A stretch of 64,000 nucleotides of DNA from Negaprion brevirostris. Its lineage: Eukaryota. Positions 51,585 through 63,820 of this stretch are shown here, in pieces (position 1 is the first letter of the stretch; each line of letters starts with the position of its first letter). The stretch is taken from positions 38,349,680 to 38,413,679 of the forward strand of contig JARDVH010000031.1 in NCBI GenBank assembly GCA_030324005.1, given 5' to 3'. Made by a program: the position numbers and the translations under genes. The notes below the pieces were generated by a model, which worked only from the letters and a program-made list of their open reading frames with translations, was not told the DNA's origin and searched no databases.

Positions 51585-52494
51585 GTTGGTGTTTCTTTTG
51601 TTAGAGCATGTCAAAAAAGAAACATAGAACAAAGAGTACAATTTTAAAATACTTTGCATGAGAAAGTTATATTTTAAATGTACTGAGAACATTTTGTCCT
51701 TCTAAATATGTGCAGTTGGTTTTAGACAACATCTTAGTCACACCTTCAAGTTAATGTAATAATTGGCTTCATGGTTTGAGCAACTAATTAAATATTAGAG
51801 CATCTGTTAGTAAAACATGTCAAAATTTTAAGGGTAAATTTGAACAAGTGGGCACATTGTTGTTTCAGTGAGGGGACCAGCCATCCGATTCCTCAGGCAG
51901 GAGGCTCAGTCCATAACCCATTTTAAGTGCTAGGCTTCATTATTATGACTATGCTGCCTGCTCTCAACAGGTGTTCTTCTGCATCTTGCTGGCTGACGAC
52001 CAGTATACTATTGGGTGTATCGACAGGCTTATCCAACTGGCAAAACGGTAGATCCAGAGAGAAGTTAATAATCATGGGGTTGGATTACATAGATCCCAGG
52101 CTGACAGTGTCCCACATTATTATTGTTGAGCTTAGAAGAGCACTTCAGTTCTACTGATACTACAGCCCCATCTGCTGCACGACTCATAGTAATGGTGCAG
52201 AGCATGTACATCACACTTCCTATCCAGTAGCCTGTAAGATGACTTCAAAGTTCCAAGTGTATCATCAGGTCACAGTCTGCATAAATTAATGGCTGGCCTG
52301 CTTGGTTTGGGTGTGCGCATCAGATACCTTGTAACGGCCTACAGAAAAATTGGAAGTGGAACAGGAACAAGGCAGGAAGTCCACCACCTCTATTTTAACT
52401 CCATTACCTCCTGTTTCCACCAGATGGAATGAGTATGCAGCTCCTCTTTGATATTCTAGCAGACAAGCCATTTTTATTGTTCTTTATTGGACAG

Positions 52495-52782
52495 ATCGAA
52501 TAATTGCTCCATCCTTTACAAGAAGTTTGAAGAAAATGGATAGCGTCTTGGGCACATTGATGCACATGGAGTGTAAAGTATCTGGTTCTTTACCAATAAG
52601 CGCTTCTTGGTATAAAGACAACAAAGAAATAGTGACTGGCAATAAATATAAAATATCATTTGAAGAAAACACAGCACTTTTGGAGATCAAAGAACTTGAA
52701 ATCACAGATGGTGGAAATTATTCATGCAAAGCAACAAATACTGCTGGGAGCACTGAATGCAGTGGATTCTTAACGGTGAAAG
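52495..52782 (+). CDS. TTN: Super-repeat 3, domain E
   Basis: ggacag|...|gttcga, 288 nt. Confidence 0.95.
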
Positions 52783-53026
52783 GTTCGAAAATCTCTTGAC
52801 TCCAAACAATTTCTATTTCAAGATGTATCAAATGCTGGTTTTCCAGTTATAATATCCATTTTTTCTCTTCTCTTAAACATTTAGATAAATTGTGTTTTTC
52901 ACTTCTTGAAATACTTTAACATATCTTCATTAAAATGCATGGATGATGTAACTAATGTTAAATGTTTTGGCTTTATTTTTACTTTATCTGACCTTACCAA
53001 ACAATATTTTCTTAAATAACTTCTAG

Positions 53027-53305
53027 AACCACCACATTTTATACAAGAACCAAAGTCCCAAGCAATTGCACTTGGTTCCACAGTGCAGTTTAAGAGTGTT
53101 GTGAAAGGAACTCTTCCATTGGTTGTCAAGTGGTTCAAAGCTAATAGGGAGTTGAAACCTGGTCCAAGATGTTTCATTTGGAATGAAGAAACAACACACT
53201 TCTTTGAACTAACGTTAGCTAAAACCACTGATGCTGGTGTTTACAGCTGCCATCTCAGCAATGATGCTGGTTCTGTCACAAAAACTGCCGAAGTTTTTAT
53301 TGAAG
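53027..53305 (+). CDS. TTN: Super-repeat 3, domain F
   Basis: tctag|...|gtttgc, 279 nt. Confidence 0.95.
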
Positions 53306-53491
53306 GTTTGCAACTCTTGCCAGTCTTATTGGGAATTAATTTTTAAGTGACATTTTTAAATGTTACATTTCTTTCCTAGTTATCTTAAAAAAAGAGTAAA
53401 TTTTATTCTGAGATGATTTTTCTTATATTTAAGAGATGCAAGTTTAGTTTGCAATTCCAGTATTCAGTTTCATCGCATTTACTTTTCTCAG

Positions 53492-53773
53492 AGCCTCCAA
53501 GTTTTGTTAAGAAGCCACCTCCTACAACAGCATTGAAACAGGGAGAGCTTGCACATTTTGAGTGCAAAGTAAAGGGTACGCCTGAAATCACAATTACCTG
53601 GTACAAAAATAACACTGAGATCCATACCGGTGAAAAATACAAGACATCATTTCAAAACACAGTGGCTGTTCTCGAGATTGTTGATGCAAGTGTGGAAGAT
53701 ATTGGAGAATATTCCTGTGAAGCACAGAATCAAGCTGGTGATACCAGCTGCAACTTTGTGGTTCAGGTTAAAG
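53492..53773 (+). CDS. TTN: Super-repeat 4, domain A
   Basis: ctcag|...|gtgtgt, 282 nt. Confidence 0.95.
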
Positions 53774-53855
53774 GTGTGTAAAATGTTACCCTAAAGAAGA
53801 GTTAATTTTTGGTGTTTAATTGTTTACTAAAGGAGATTGTTATTTTACTCTTCAG

Positions 53856-54134
53856 AATCTCCAACATTTGTCAAGAAACTTGAACCTGTTGATGTAGTTA
53901 AAGCCTGTGATATTACTCTTGAATGTGAGGTGACTGGTACAGCTCCCTTTGAAGTTCTGTGGTATAAGGACAATAAGCAAGTTCGACCGAGCAAAAAATA
54001 CAAAATGACCTTTGAGAATTCTTTAGCCAGTCTTTGCATTCTTAAGTCTGATGCCTCTGATGTTGGTGAATACACATGTACAGTAAAAAATGACGTGGGA
54101 AGTTGTTCCTGCAGTTCCACAGTCAGTTTGAAAG
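53856..54134 (+). CDS. TTN: Super-repeat 4, domain B
   Basis: ttcag|...|gtcagt, 279 nt. Confidence 0.95.
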
Positions 54135-54310
54135 GTCAGTTATCGCCTATTATGAGAAAATATCTTTTTTTTTATTTACAGCGCCAGTTATCATTTATTG
54201 GAGCATGCTTTGCTCAGAGATTTGTACAAACATTTTTTAACATCAAAGTTTTTTAAAATGCTTACTAAAAACAGTTAAATATATTCATATTACCATTTGT
54301 TTTGAACTAG

Positions 54311-54589
54311 AACCCCCAGGCTTTATAAAGAAGATTGAAAATATCACAACGTTGTCAGGGAATTCTATTGTATTCCAATGTCTAGTAAGAGGCTCAACAC
54401 CTATTCATGTAACTTGGATGAAAGACAAAGATGATGTCAAAGAAGATGGTAACATATCATTATCGTTTGAAAATAATATTGCTGCTCTTCAAATACATTC
54501 TGTTAGAGAAGATCATGCTGGAAAATATACATGTCATGTCAAGAATGATGCAGGAGCTGAGAAATGTTTTGCCACCTTGTTAGTAGCAG
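54311..54589 (+). CDS. TTN: Super-repeat 4, domain C
   Basis: actag|...|gtcagt, 279 nt. Confidence 0.95.
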
Positions 54590-54730
54590 GTCAGTACGAC
54601 ATTAGCTTATTTGTACTTTCCACTTCAAAGTTTTTGCTAATTGCAAGTGCTCTCAAATTCTTTGTTGTGCATCGACTAAAATGAGATTCATACAAATAAT
54701 ACATTGAAGAGATGTTTTTCTCCTTCGTAG

Positions 54731-55009
54731 AACCAGCCAAAATCACAGAACAAGCACAGTCAATTAGTGTGACCGCAGGGAATCCAGCAAGCTTGGAATG
54801 TACTGTTGTTGGTACACCAGAACTAAAAGTTAAATGCTTTAAGGATGGTAATGAAATGGCACCTAGCAGAAAACACAAACTCAGCTTTGAGAATAATGTG
54901 GTCAGCCTAAAATTTCCTTCTGTTTCCAATGATGATACTGCTGAATATACTTTTGAGGTCAAGAATGAGTTTGGCACCAGCACCTGTAAAGCTTCGTTGT
55001 CCGTAATAG
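54731..55009 (+). CDS. TTN: Super-repeat 4, domain D (core Trp replaced by Cys)
   Basis: cgtag|...|gttagt, 279 nt. Confidence 0.93.
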
Positions 55010-55336
55010 GTTAGTGTATTATTTATAATAAAAATTTACCAAATAAATATACAGTGTTACTTAAAAGTTTTGTTTGCAGAACAGAGAAATACTGATCATA
55101 AGGATCATAAACGTATGTAACAATCTTATCGTTATAACTTTTTTTATCGACTCCAGTTATGATGGGAGTACACAGATTAGTCATTTCAGTATTTAAAACA
55201 AGTTTTGTCGCACTTTTACTGTTGAAATCATTATGTCCTATTATAAACAATCACAGTGGATTTTACTAATTCAATGCACTTGCAAATATTTACCTTAAGT
55301 TGACTGGCTGTGCTTTCATCACTTTATCTTGAACAG

Positions 55337-55624
55337 ATCAATTAATCCCTCCATTGTTTACAAGAAAGTTACGGAAAATGGATGCTGTTTTAGGATCTTT
55401 CGCACATATGGAGTGCAAAGTTTCTGGTTCACTTCCAATGAGCTTTACATGGTATAAGGATTTCAAAATAATTACATCTGGTCAAAAATACCAAGTGTTA
55501 TGCCAAGATAACACAACAACGTTGCAAGTTAATGAACTAGAATTTTCTGATCACGGAACTTACATTTGCAAAGCGACCAATTCAGCGGGAAGTGCTGAAT
55601 GTAGTGGTATCTTAAAAATAACAG
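55337..55624 (+). CDS. TTN: Super-repeat 4, domain E
   Basis: gaacag|...|gtttga, 288 nt. Confidence 0.95.
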
Positions 55625-56281
55625 GTTTGAAAAATGAACTTGCTTTATTTCATCTCTTGTTTTAGCTTTTGCATTTACCTGCAGCAATTAAATTTCTGAT
55701 TTTTGCCAGATGCCCAGCAGGGAGCTGAATTCTTAAGCCCTGCCAGGGGTTGAAGTGGGTATGGACAGGAGTTGAAAATACCAGTGCTCAGATCCGGTCT
55801 GCTTTTGTGGTCCTGATCCTGGCACCGGACATTTGCACCTAATTGTGTTTGGGGCAGTTAAGGCTATCCGTGCCCATGAATCGTATAGCCAAGTAGCTTT
55901 GTGAAGAGTCTTTCTAAGCACACTTATAGGAGGCTATCTGGCCTTTAACTAGATTTAACTGTTTGGAAATTGGATCCATTAGCAAGCTGGATAGGCAGTT
56001 GGAAACCTAGAGGTTTTCCCAATCTGCCTGCAAAGGACCTTCAATTCCACCGCCACCCTCCCAGCCAATGTAGAGGAAACCCCGGTAAGAATCATGAGTG
56101 AATACACCCCCACCCCCCGCCACCAAGGGAAGATTCAGAAAACCCAGCCTATATAAATGCTTAAAATGCAGTTCATAATAAGGGGCAGGTCAGCTATTTT
56201 ATTTTTATTTGAGCTTTATGCAATATAAACATATGCTATAGAGATCCAGTTGTATTATTCTTTTTTCCATCTGAATTTTAG

Positions 56282-56560
56282 AACCACCAAGTTTTATAGA
56301 AAAGCCTGTAGCCCAGGAAACTCTACCCGGTTCCACAGTGCAGTTTAGAAGTGTTGTGAGAGGAACTGCTCCACTTTCTATAAAATGGCTGAAGGATGGC
56401 AGGGAGCTGATTTCTGGTGCTGACTGTTCCGTTTTAACTGAAGGTTCAACAAGTTTACTCGAGTTATTTTCAGCTAAAGTGTCTGATTTGGGTGACTATA
56501 CTTGCGAAATCAGCAACAAAGTTGGCAGTGCCACTTGTACAGCAAGACTATTTGTCAAAG
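56282..56560 (+). CDS. TTN: Super-repeat 4, domain F
   Basis: tttag|...|gtgtgt, 279 nt. Confidence 0.95.
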
Positions 56561-56769
56561 GTGTGTATTTTAGGTTTGCTTGTGGAATATTGTTAAAAAT
56601 TCTGTCTTTGACCAGTTTGAAAACTTTGCTTTGATTTGTTACATACTTTTCTCTTGTTGTCACTCTTAGTGTTACTATTGAGCTTTGTGCTATCTTCCTT
56701 TGCTCTTTTATATGCTGTATGTATTTCATTGACAGTGATTTAATTCTCTCCCCTGGAAACAGGATAGGA

Positions 56770-56877
56770 ATGATTTGGAGATGCCGGCGTTGGACTGGGG
56801 TAAGCACAGTAAGAAGTCTCACAACACCAGGTTAAATCTGTTGGACTTTAACCTGATGTTGTGAGAGTTCTTACTGT
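56770..56877. mobile_element. Minimal Penelope-like inverted-repeat insertion with 12-bp TSD
   Basis: TSD AACAGGATAGGA at 56758-56769 and 56878-56889; 31-bp arms at 56806-56836 and 56847-56877. Confidence 0.85.
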
Positions 56878-57672
56878 AACAGGATAGGAGGCAGGAGACC
56901 CATTTAATTGCATAAGAAAGTGCAGGTTGGAAACCATTTTGTCTTTTTGTCTCACCCCAATTAAGTCTGGAGAAAAAAGGCCTGAAGACAGCCTTCCCTC
57001 CTGAAAGGCCCTTGTGTGACTATTTCCAGGCCTAATCGCCCTGCCATTGTTACTTAACCAGCAATAAACAGCAGCCACAACATGTTTATTTGTGTTGTGG
57101 TTCACTAGGTAACCCTGCCAGGTATCTTGTAGTCTGATGGAACTGGGGTCCCTGGGGTCACTTCTATTTGGGCAGCCCCTTCCCAATGGAGATAGCTGCT
57201 TGAGGCATGGGCCATGTACCCCACCCACCTATACTAACCCCTCTCCACCATCCCACAGACGGACGTCCCAGTGAACCTTCCCCATTTACCTTGTTCCTGG
57301 AGCTTCTTTGCTGAACCTCTGCCTGGACCTCCTGTGATAGCAGTGGCCAGTGCTCCTGGTGGCAAAAAACTAGTGCTCCTCTGATTAGCTGACAGCACTC
57401 GGGGGGGCGGGGGTGTGGGGGGGTGGAATTCCTTCTGAGGACAATGGAGAGCCCAGGCCCAACTCAGATCCAGTGCCTGAATGGTANNNNNNNNNNTGGG
57501 CTTGAGGAGTAGAGCATGGAAATATCACAGTAGGGTTGCCACCAGCTCTCCCAAGGGGAGGCAGGCGCCACTGCTCCGAGCATTAAATTTTGCTTATTTT
57601 CCTTTATACGTTGCATGAATTTATTCCTGCCTTTTACTCTTGTAATGAAATTTACCACATTTTCTTCTCTAG

Positions 57673-57954
57673 AACCTCCATATTTCATTAAGAAGTTAGA
57701 TCCTGCAGCAATATTTAAAAGAGGAGAGACAGCAATTTTTGAGTGCAAAGTAACTGGCACGCCTGAAATCAAAATCTCTTGGTTCAAGCATTATCGTGAG
57801 ATTCATGCTACTGAAAAATACAAGATGTCATTTGTTGATTCTGTGGCTATCCTTAAGATCGCTGATATAAGCCTGGATGACAGTGGGGATTATTTCTGTA
57901 AAGCACAAAATGAAGCTGGCAGTGAATCTTGTGAGATTAAAGTTGCAGTGAAAG
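57673..57954 (+). CDS. TTN: Super-repeat 5, domain A
   Basis: tctag|...|gtttgt, 282 nt. Confidence 0.95.
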
Positions 57955-58446
57955 GTTTGTAAAAAATTCTGGTTACATTTTCCATTATAAGCAAATTAGC
58001 CTTTCTGGAAGTGTTGCAAGTTCCTATTGTACATCTATGGAATACGTGGGAATCTTGACTTAGCAACCTAGTTTCTTTCATCTTTTCAATTATGGAGTAG
58101 AAATTAATTCTGTGCGGAAAGCTGGCAGGCGGAGACAATGTACACATTTTTGTCGGAAACCGGGAAGATTTTATCTACTAGCTATTCAGTCACTTGCTGC
58201 CTGAACTGTGCCGAGATTTCCACTTGTTGGTGATGTTCCTATCAAAGTCCAGTGGATGCCTCACTCACTGCCAAAGTCAGTGGGAAATGTCAAGAAAATG
58301 GAAATGTGTCTGTCTGTTAACAACTCCCCCATTACTACTGATGGGGTTCATTAAAGTTCCCCTTCTATTATTTTATCCTCGTTACAATCATTTGCATCTA
58401 GGCAAAATTTGATTTGATGTGGATTGTTGGTGCTATTGAAACCTGT

Positions 58447-58622
58447 CATACAATCATAGAATCCTACAGTGCAGAAGGAGGCCTTTTTGCCCACTGAGTC
58501 TGCACCGCCTATAATCCCACCTAGGTCCAATTCCCATAACCCATGCATTTAGCCTCACTAGTCCCCCTGACACTAAGGGGAAATTTAGCGTGGTCAATTT
58601 ATCTAACCTGCACATCTTTGGA
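58447..58622 (-). mobile_element. 5'-truncated HE1 SINE
   Basis: CATAGAATCCTACAGTGCAGAAGGAGGCC tail through CTAACCTGCACATCTTTGGA. Confidence 0.85.
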
Positions 58623-58689
58623 TCAGACTGAATTATAAAGTAAATGTGAGGTTCATTTATTTTAAAGTATTTGGTGCTCTTTAGTTGTC

Positions 58690-59025
58690 ATGTTGGCACA
58701 GTGCTTAGCACTGCTGTCTCACAGCACCAGAGACCTGGGTTCAATTCTAGCCTTGGGTGACTGTGTGGAGTTTGCATGTGCTCTCCGTGTTTGCATGGGT
58801 TTTCTCCAGGTATTCCGCTTTCCTCCCGCACTTCAAAGATATGCAGGTTAGGTGGATTGGCCATGCTAAATTGCCCCTTAGTATCCCAAGGTATGTAGAT
58901 TAGGGGAATTAATGGGTAAGTATGTGAGATTACAAGAATAAGGTCAGGATGGGATGCTGTGTTGGAGAGTTGGTACAGACTTGATGGGCCAAATGACCTC
59001 TTCCTTCCCTGTAAGGATTCTATGA
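58690..59025 (+). mobile_element. Full HE1 SINE
   Basis: Head GGCACAGTGCTTAGCACTGCTG, V-domain, tail GTAAGGATTCTATGA. Confidence 0.9.
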
Positions 59026-59206
59026 CTAATCTGCTTAAACATTAACCGAAACAGAAAATGTCCATGTTGGTTTATTTTCCATGATTATTCATCGGACATT
59101 TTACTGAAAATTGGTTGAGAATTTTTAGTATCAGGGAGTCACTTTGCAGAACTTGGATTTTAGGAGCAGGTAATTTGTAAATCATGTTGTGTGTTTACTT
59201 TCATAG

Positions 59207-59485
59207 AACCTCCCACATTTACGAAGAAGTTTGAACCAGTTGAGGTAGTAAAATCAACTGATGTTACTCTTGAATGTGAGGTGGCTGGTTCAGGTCCCTT
59301 TGACGTTCTGTGGTGTAAGGACAATAAACACATTCGACGCAGTAAAAAATACAAAATGATCTCTGATGCTTCTTTAGTCAGTCTTTGCATTCTAACGTCT
59401 GATAGCTCAGATGTTGGTGAATACACATGTACGGTAAAAAATGATGTTGGGAGTTGCTCCTGCAGTTCTACAGTCAGTTTGAAAG
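59207..59485 (+). CDS. TTN: Super-repeat 5, domain B
   Basis: catag|...|gttagt, 279 nt. Confidence 0.95.
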
Positions 59486-59661
59486 GTTAGTGGCAATCCA
59501 GTTCTCCTTAGTAATTTATGTGGATGTAGTGTGGTATCTGCATGTTGTCATTTTCCTGTACCCCATTACTGAATGGCTTGAAACATAAAACATTTAATAA
59601 TTAAACATTCATTGATTACGTATAAGTTATAACAAGTCATATTCTCTTTACTTTGAACCAG

Positions 59662-59940
59662 AGAGACCAACCTTCGTGCAAACAATAGAAAATGCAACAG
59701 TATTTTCTGGAAATCCTGCTGTATTTCAATGTCTTGTAAAGGGCTCAGTTCCAATAACTACAAGCTGGAAAAAAGATGGCAAACATGTTAAAGAAGCTGA
59801 TAATGTAAAAATGTCCTTTGAAAACAATGTTGCCACGTTGCAGATTATTAAAGTTGAAGAAAAAGACAGTGGAAGTTACATGTGTCAGGCAAAGAATGAC
59901 GCAGGAACTGCAAAATGCGTTGCTGCATTGGCCGTAATGG
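59662..59940 (+). CDS. TTN: Super-repeat 5, domain C
   Basis: accag|...|gttagt, 279 nt. Confidence 0.93.
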
Positions 59941-60282
59941 GTTAGTAGCAAGTAATAAACACCGGTGTTGTTCACAAGCTGTTGATCTCAGTTTCATGAC
60001 ATTTAATTTTCTTCATAAAATTATTTTTAGATTTATACATTAATTTTGTGACCATCCAAGTTACCAATGTTATAACTGGCACTGGGAACATTTTCCACGT
60101 GGATCAGTCATTATTAGAAACAAACACTCAAATATGGCACTATTAAATAGAAGATATGGTTCCTCAGCCATGCCCCCTTAACATATCTCTGATAAACTCT
60201 TGGAAGAGTTCTTCCACTTCATCCATGTGACTTTTGTCCATTAACCTCATCATCAATGTTGTGGCATCTCTAAATGAGATTA

Positions 60283-60576
60283 CAAAGAACAAAGAACAAA
60301 AAACAACCCAGCACAGGAAACAGGCCCTTCGGCCCNNNNNNNNNNNNNNNNNNNNNNNNNNNNNNNNNNNNNNNNNNNNNNNNNNNNNNNNNNNNNNNNN
60401 NNNNNNNNNNNNNNNNNNNNNNNNNNNNNNNNNNNCTAATCAGATCGCAACGCTCCAAATGCTCATACATCCTACCCCTAAGTATTTTTTCCATTAATTT
60501 CCCTACCACCGATGTCAAACTCACCAGTCTATAATTTCCAGGGTTATCCCTACTACCTTTTTTAAACAGCGGTACC
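60283..60576 (-). mobile_element. Young CR1/HER1 LINE, middle collapsed into N gap
   Basis: AAAGAAC repeat tail; well-preserved VPLFKKGSRDNPGNYRLVSLTSVVGKLMEKIL. Confidence 0.85.
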
Positions 60577-60843
60577 AGATTGTTGACTTAGTCCCCAGAT
60601 GGGGACAGTTTTGCCGTATGAGCACAAACCATTGTGAGCTCTATGGAGACCATGCAAAGGCATTTCACATGAAACACATACAGAAAGATTGACTGACATT
60701 GCAGAATTTTTACCAGATCGACCCTAATTTTGCATCACCAAACCCATTGTACAGTCATCTCTCACCAAAATGTCTTAAAATAGCAATCTTTGCACCAATA
60801 ATGTACAGTTCCCCTGATGCAACTAATCTAACTCTTCCTGCAG

Positions 60844-61122
60844 AACCTGCGAATATCATAGAAAAAACAGAGCAGCTCACTGTGTCTTCAGGAAACCCAG
60901 CCATTTTGGAATGTACTGTAGCTGGTACGCCAGAGTTACGCGTTGCATGGTTCAAAAATGGAAAGCAACTGGAATCAAATAAAAAATATAAAATGAGTTT
61001 TGTGGATAAGGCGGCCAGTCTAAAAATTCTGTCTAGTGATTTGGATGACAGTGCTGACTATACTTTTAAAGTTCAGAATGAATTTGGAGCCGACAGCTGC
61101 GATATTTCTTTGACAGTATTAG
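60844..61122 (+). CDS. TTN: Super-repeat 5, domain D
   Basis: tgcag|...|gtcagt, 279 nt. Confidence 0.95.
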
Positions 61123-61255
61123 GTCAGTGATTAATTTGTATTGAAAGCTTTGATTTCATGAAGCAATTATTTTAAAACAAAATCTTATCACCAAGTTTGA
61201 AACAATTGACTTTTTTAATTCATTTTGTTCTTTTTCTTTCCCTTGTACTGGACAG

Positions 61256-61543
61256 AACAAATAATTGCTCCATTGTTTACAAGGAAATTAAAGGAAATGA
61301 GTAGTATTTTAGGATCTTTTGTACGAATGGAATGCAAAGTTTCTGGTTCTATTCCCATGGACGTTACTTGGTATAAAGAGGGCAACAAAATATCGGCTAG
61401 TAACAAATACAAGATGTTATTTCAAGACAATATGCTGTCTTTAGAAGTCAATGAGTTAGACATTTCAGATGGTGGATATTATACTTGCAAAGTGGCAAAT
61501 TCAGCAGGAAAGGATGAATGCAGTGCTGTCTTAAGTATAAAAG
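61256..61543 (+). CDS. TTN: Super-repeat 5, domain E
   Basis: ggacag|...|gtttga, 288 nt. Confidence 0.95.
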
Positions 61544-61795
61544 GTTTGAAAAATTGCTTTGTCACATTTCCTTTTTATTGATCATCTAAGAAATGTTTCT
61601 TTCTTTATCAAAATAACCAATTGATTATTCTTCACTTCAATACTGAAGTAACTAAATAAACCTATCAAATTTCATTTTGCTAAGTTCTTACATATTAGCA
61701 TGTACTATTCACAAAATTGTCTTCAATCTGATCATTTCTAGTAGTTTCCATATACGTGAGTTAATTAAATGTGTTCTTTCTTGTGTGAATTTTAG

Positions 61796-62074
61796 AGCCC
61801 CCAAGCTTTACAGAAAAAATAACATCGCGAGATGTTGTACTTGGTTCTACAGTACAGTTTAGAACTGTTGTGAAAGGAAGCACACCATTATCTACAAAAT
61901 GGCTTAAAGGGGACAGGGAACTGATGCATGGTGTGGCATATTCTATTTGGAATGAAGGCTCAACATATTTGTTGGAGTTGGTTTCAGCTAAAATATCTGA
62001 CGCAGGTGTTTACACCTGCCAAGTCAGCAACGACGTTGATACAGTTGCCTGCTCCGCAGAATTGTTTGTGAAAG
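61796..62074 (+). CDS. TTN: Super-repeat 5, domain F
   Basis: tttag|...|gtgtgc, 279 nt. Confidence 0.95.
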
Positions 62075-62667
62075 GTGTGCATTTTTTATTGAAATTCTGT
62101 TTTGTACTATACTGCTTTCTCTTTTTAGCTCTTTTAATAGCTTAGAACTATCGATTTGTTTTCTTGATATTAGATCAGCTCTCATGGTAGGTCTTTACAC
62201 TGCCAACCATGGAGAGGGAGAAGTGACAATTACCCAGCATCAGTAAATTTGGGCTGATACTCAGACTTGATATTCCTCATTTGGAATCTCTGCATTAATG
62301 GTTTGATGAAGCATCATATAATTTGTTCTGAGTTTAAGGAAGAACAGACAAAACAAAAGTCATACATCAAATTGATTTGCATCTTAAAATGACAGCGATG
62401 GACAAGTTTGAGAAGGTTTAAAGTCTAGAATGCCCCACCCTCCCAAAATGAAGAATAAGCATTATGGTGGAGGCACTAATGAGAAGAACTGATAGAATAA
62501 AGGAAATTTGTACACAGTTGTAAAGGAGAATTAAAGTATAATAATTTATTTATAAATTGTAAATATGCATTTTAAATGTATTCTCACTAATTACTTATAC
62601 CTAAATGTTAGTTGGAGTTGCTTTTGATTATTCTTTAAATTTAATCTGATATTTATTTGGCTTCCAG

Positions 62668-62949
62668 AACCTCCTAGCTTCATCAAAAAACTAAACACTT
62701 CAGCCATATTAAAGAAAGGAGTCACAGCACATTTTGAGTGCATTATAACTGGCACACCTGAAATCAAAGTCACTTGGTACAAACATGGCCAGGAAATTAT
62801 AGCCAGTAAGAAATGTATGATGTCATTTGATGGTTCTGTGGCAGTTCTTGAAATTGTTGACGTTATAGTGGATGACAGTACATGCTACATATGTGAAGCA
62901 AGAAATGAAGCTGGTAGTATCAGCTGCAGCTCTGAGGTTGAAGTTAAAG
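62668..62949 (+). CDS. TTN: Super-repeat 6, domain A (not in the ORF track on + strand)
   Basis: tccag|AA CCT CCT...AAA G|gtctgt, 282 nt; EPPSFIKKLNTSAILKKG..GTPEIKVTWY..CEARNEAG. Confidence 0.92.
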
Positions 62950-63069
62950 GTCTGTACTAATGCTTCCTTGATTCGGTAACAAAATATATACTGCGGTTTC
63001 TTGAGCAAGGTTTCTATTAGTTTCTGCACTTCAGTTGATCTGGATTTCTTCATTGTGATTACTTTATAG

Positions 63070-63348
63070 AACCTCCCAGTTTTAGAAGGAAACTTCAGAA
63101 CGCTGAGATAGTTAAAACCAGTGATATCACCCTTGATTGTGAGGTGGCTGGAACAGGTCCTTTTGAAGTTCTGTGGTATAAGGACAATAAACAAATTCGT
63201 CGCAGCAAAAAATACAAAATGATCTCTGACAATTGTTTAGCCAGTCTCTGCATTCTAACATCCGATACCTCTGATATAGGCGAATACACGTGTACAGTAA
63301 AAAATGATGTGGGGAGTTGTTCCTGCAGTTCCATAATCAGCTTGAAAG
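63070..63348 (+). CDS. TTN: Super-repeat 6, domain B
   Basis: tatag|...|gttagt, 279 nt. Confidence 0.95.
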
Positions 63349-63541
63349 GTTAGTCGTAGCATGTTGTCAGAAAATAATTTTTTTTCACTGTTAGTAGTGC
63401 TATTTTAGTTGTCTTGTTCTCCATTGGAAAAGTAATCGCTAAGATCTTTGTAGAAGTATTCTACCTTTATATGTTGAAGCATTGTTAGAAAAAAAAATGA
63501 AAGACTGAAATATATTCACATTGCCATTTGCTTTGAACCAG

Positions 63542-63820
63542 AACCCCCAGGATTTATAAAGACGATTGAAAATGTCACAACATTGTCAGGGAATTCTATT
63601 GCGTTCCAGTGTCTAGTAAGAGGCTCAACACCTATTCATGTAACTTGGAAGAAAGACAATGTTGGTGTCAAAGAAGATGGCAATATTAAGCTGTCTTTTG
63701 AAAATAGTCTTGCTGCTCTTCAGATAAATACTGTTGGAGAAAACCATGCTGGGAATTATACATGTCATATTAAAAATGATGCAGGAACTGAGAGGTGTTT
63801 TGCCACCTTGTTAGTAGCAG
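63542..63820 (+). CDS. TTN: Super-repeat 6, domain C
   Basis: accag|...|gtcagt, 279 nt. Confidence 0.95.

Noticed and set aside
55700-57590. GC-richer intronic patches here and at ~20545-20740, 23880-24160, 32210-32630, 45630-45840 and 49390-49550
   Set aside because: Probably old non-autonomous DNA transposon remnants, but I could not define their ends or families confidently.
12494-63334. Many minus-strand ORFs overlapping titin exons (e.g. 14167-14487, 28406-28780, 54591-54983)
   Set aside because: Antisense shadows of coding exons with no recognisable domains.
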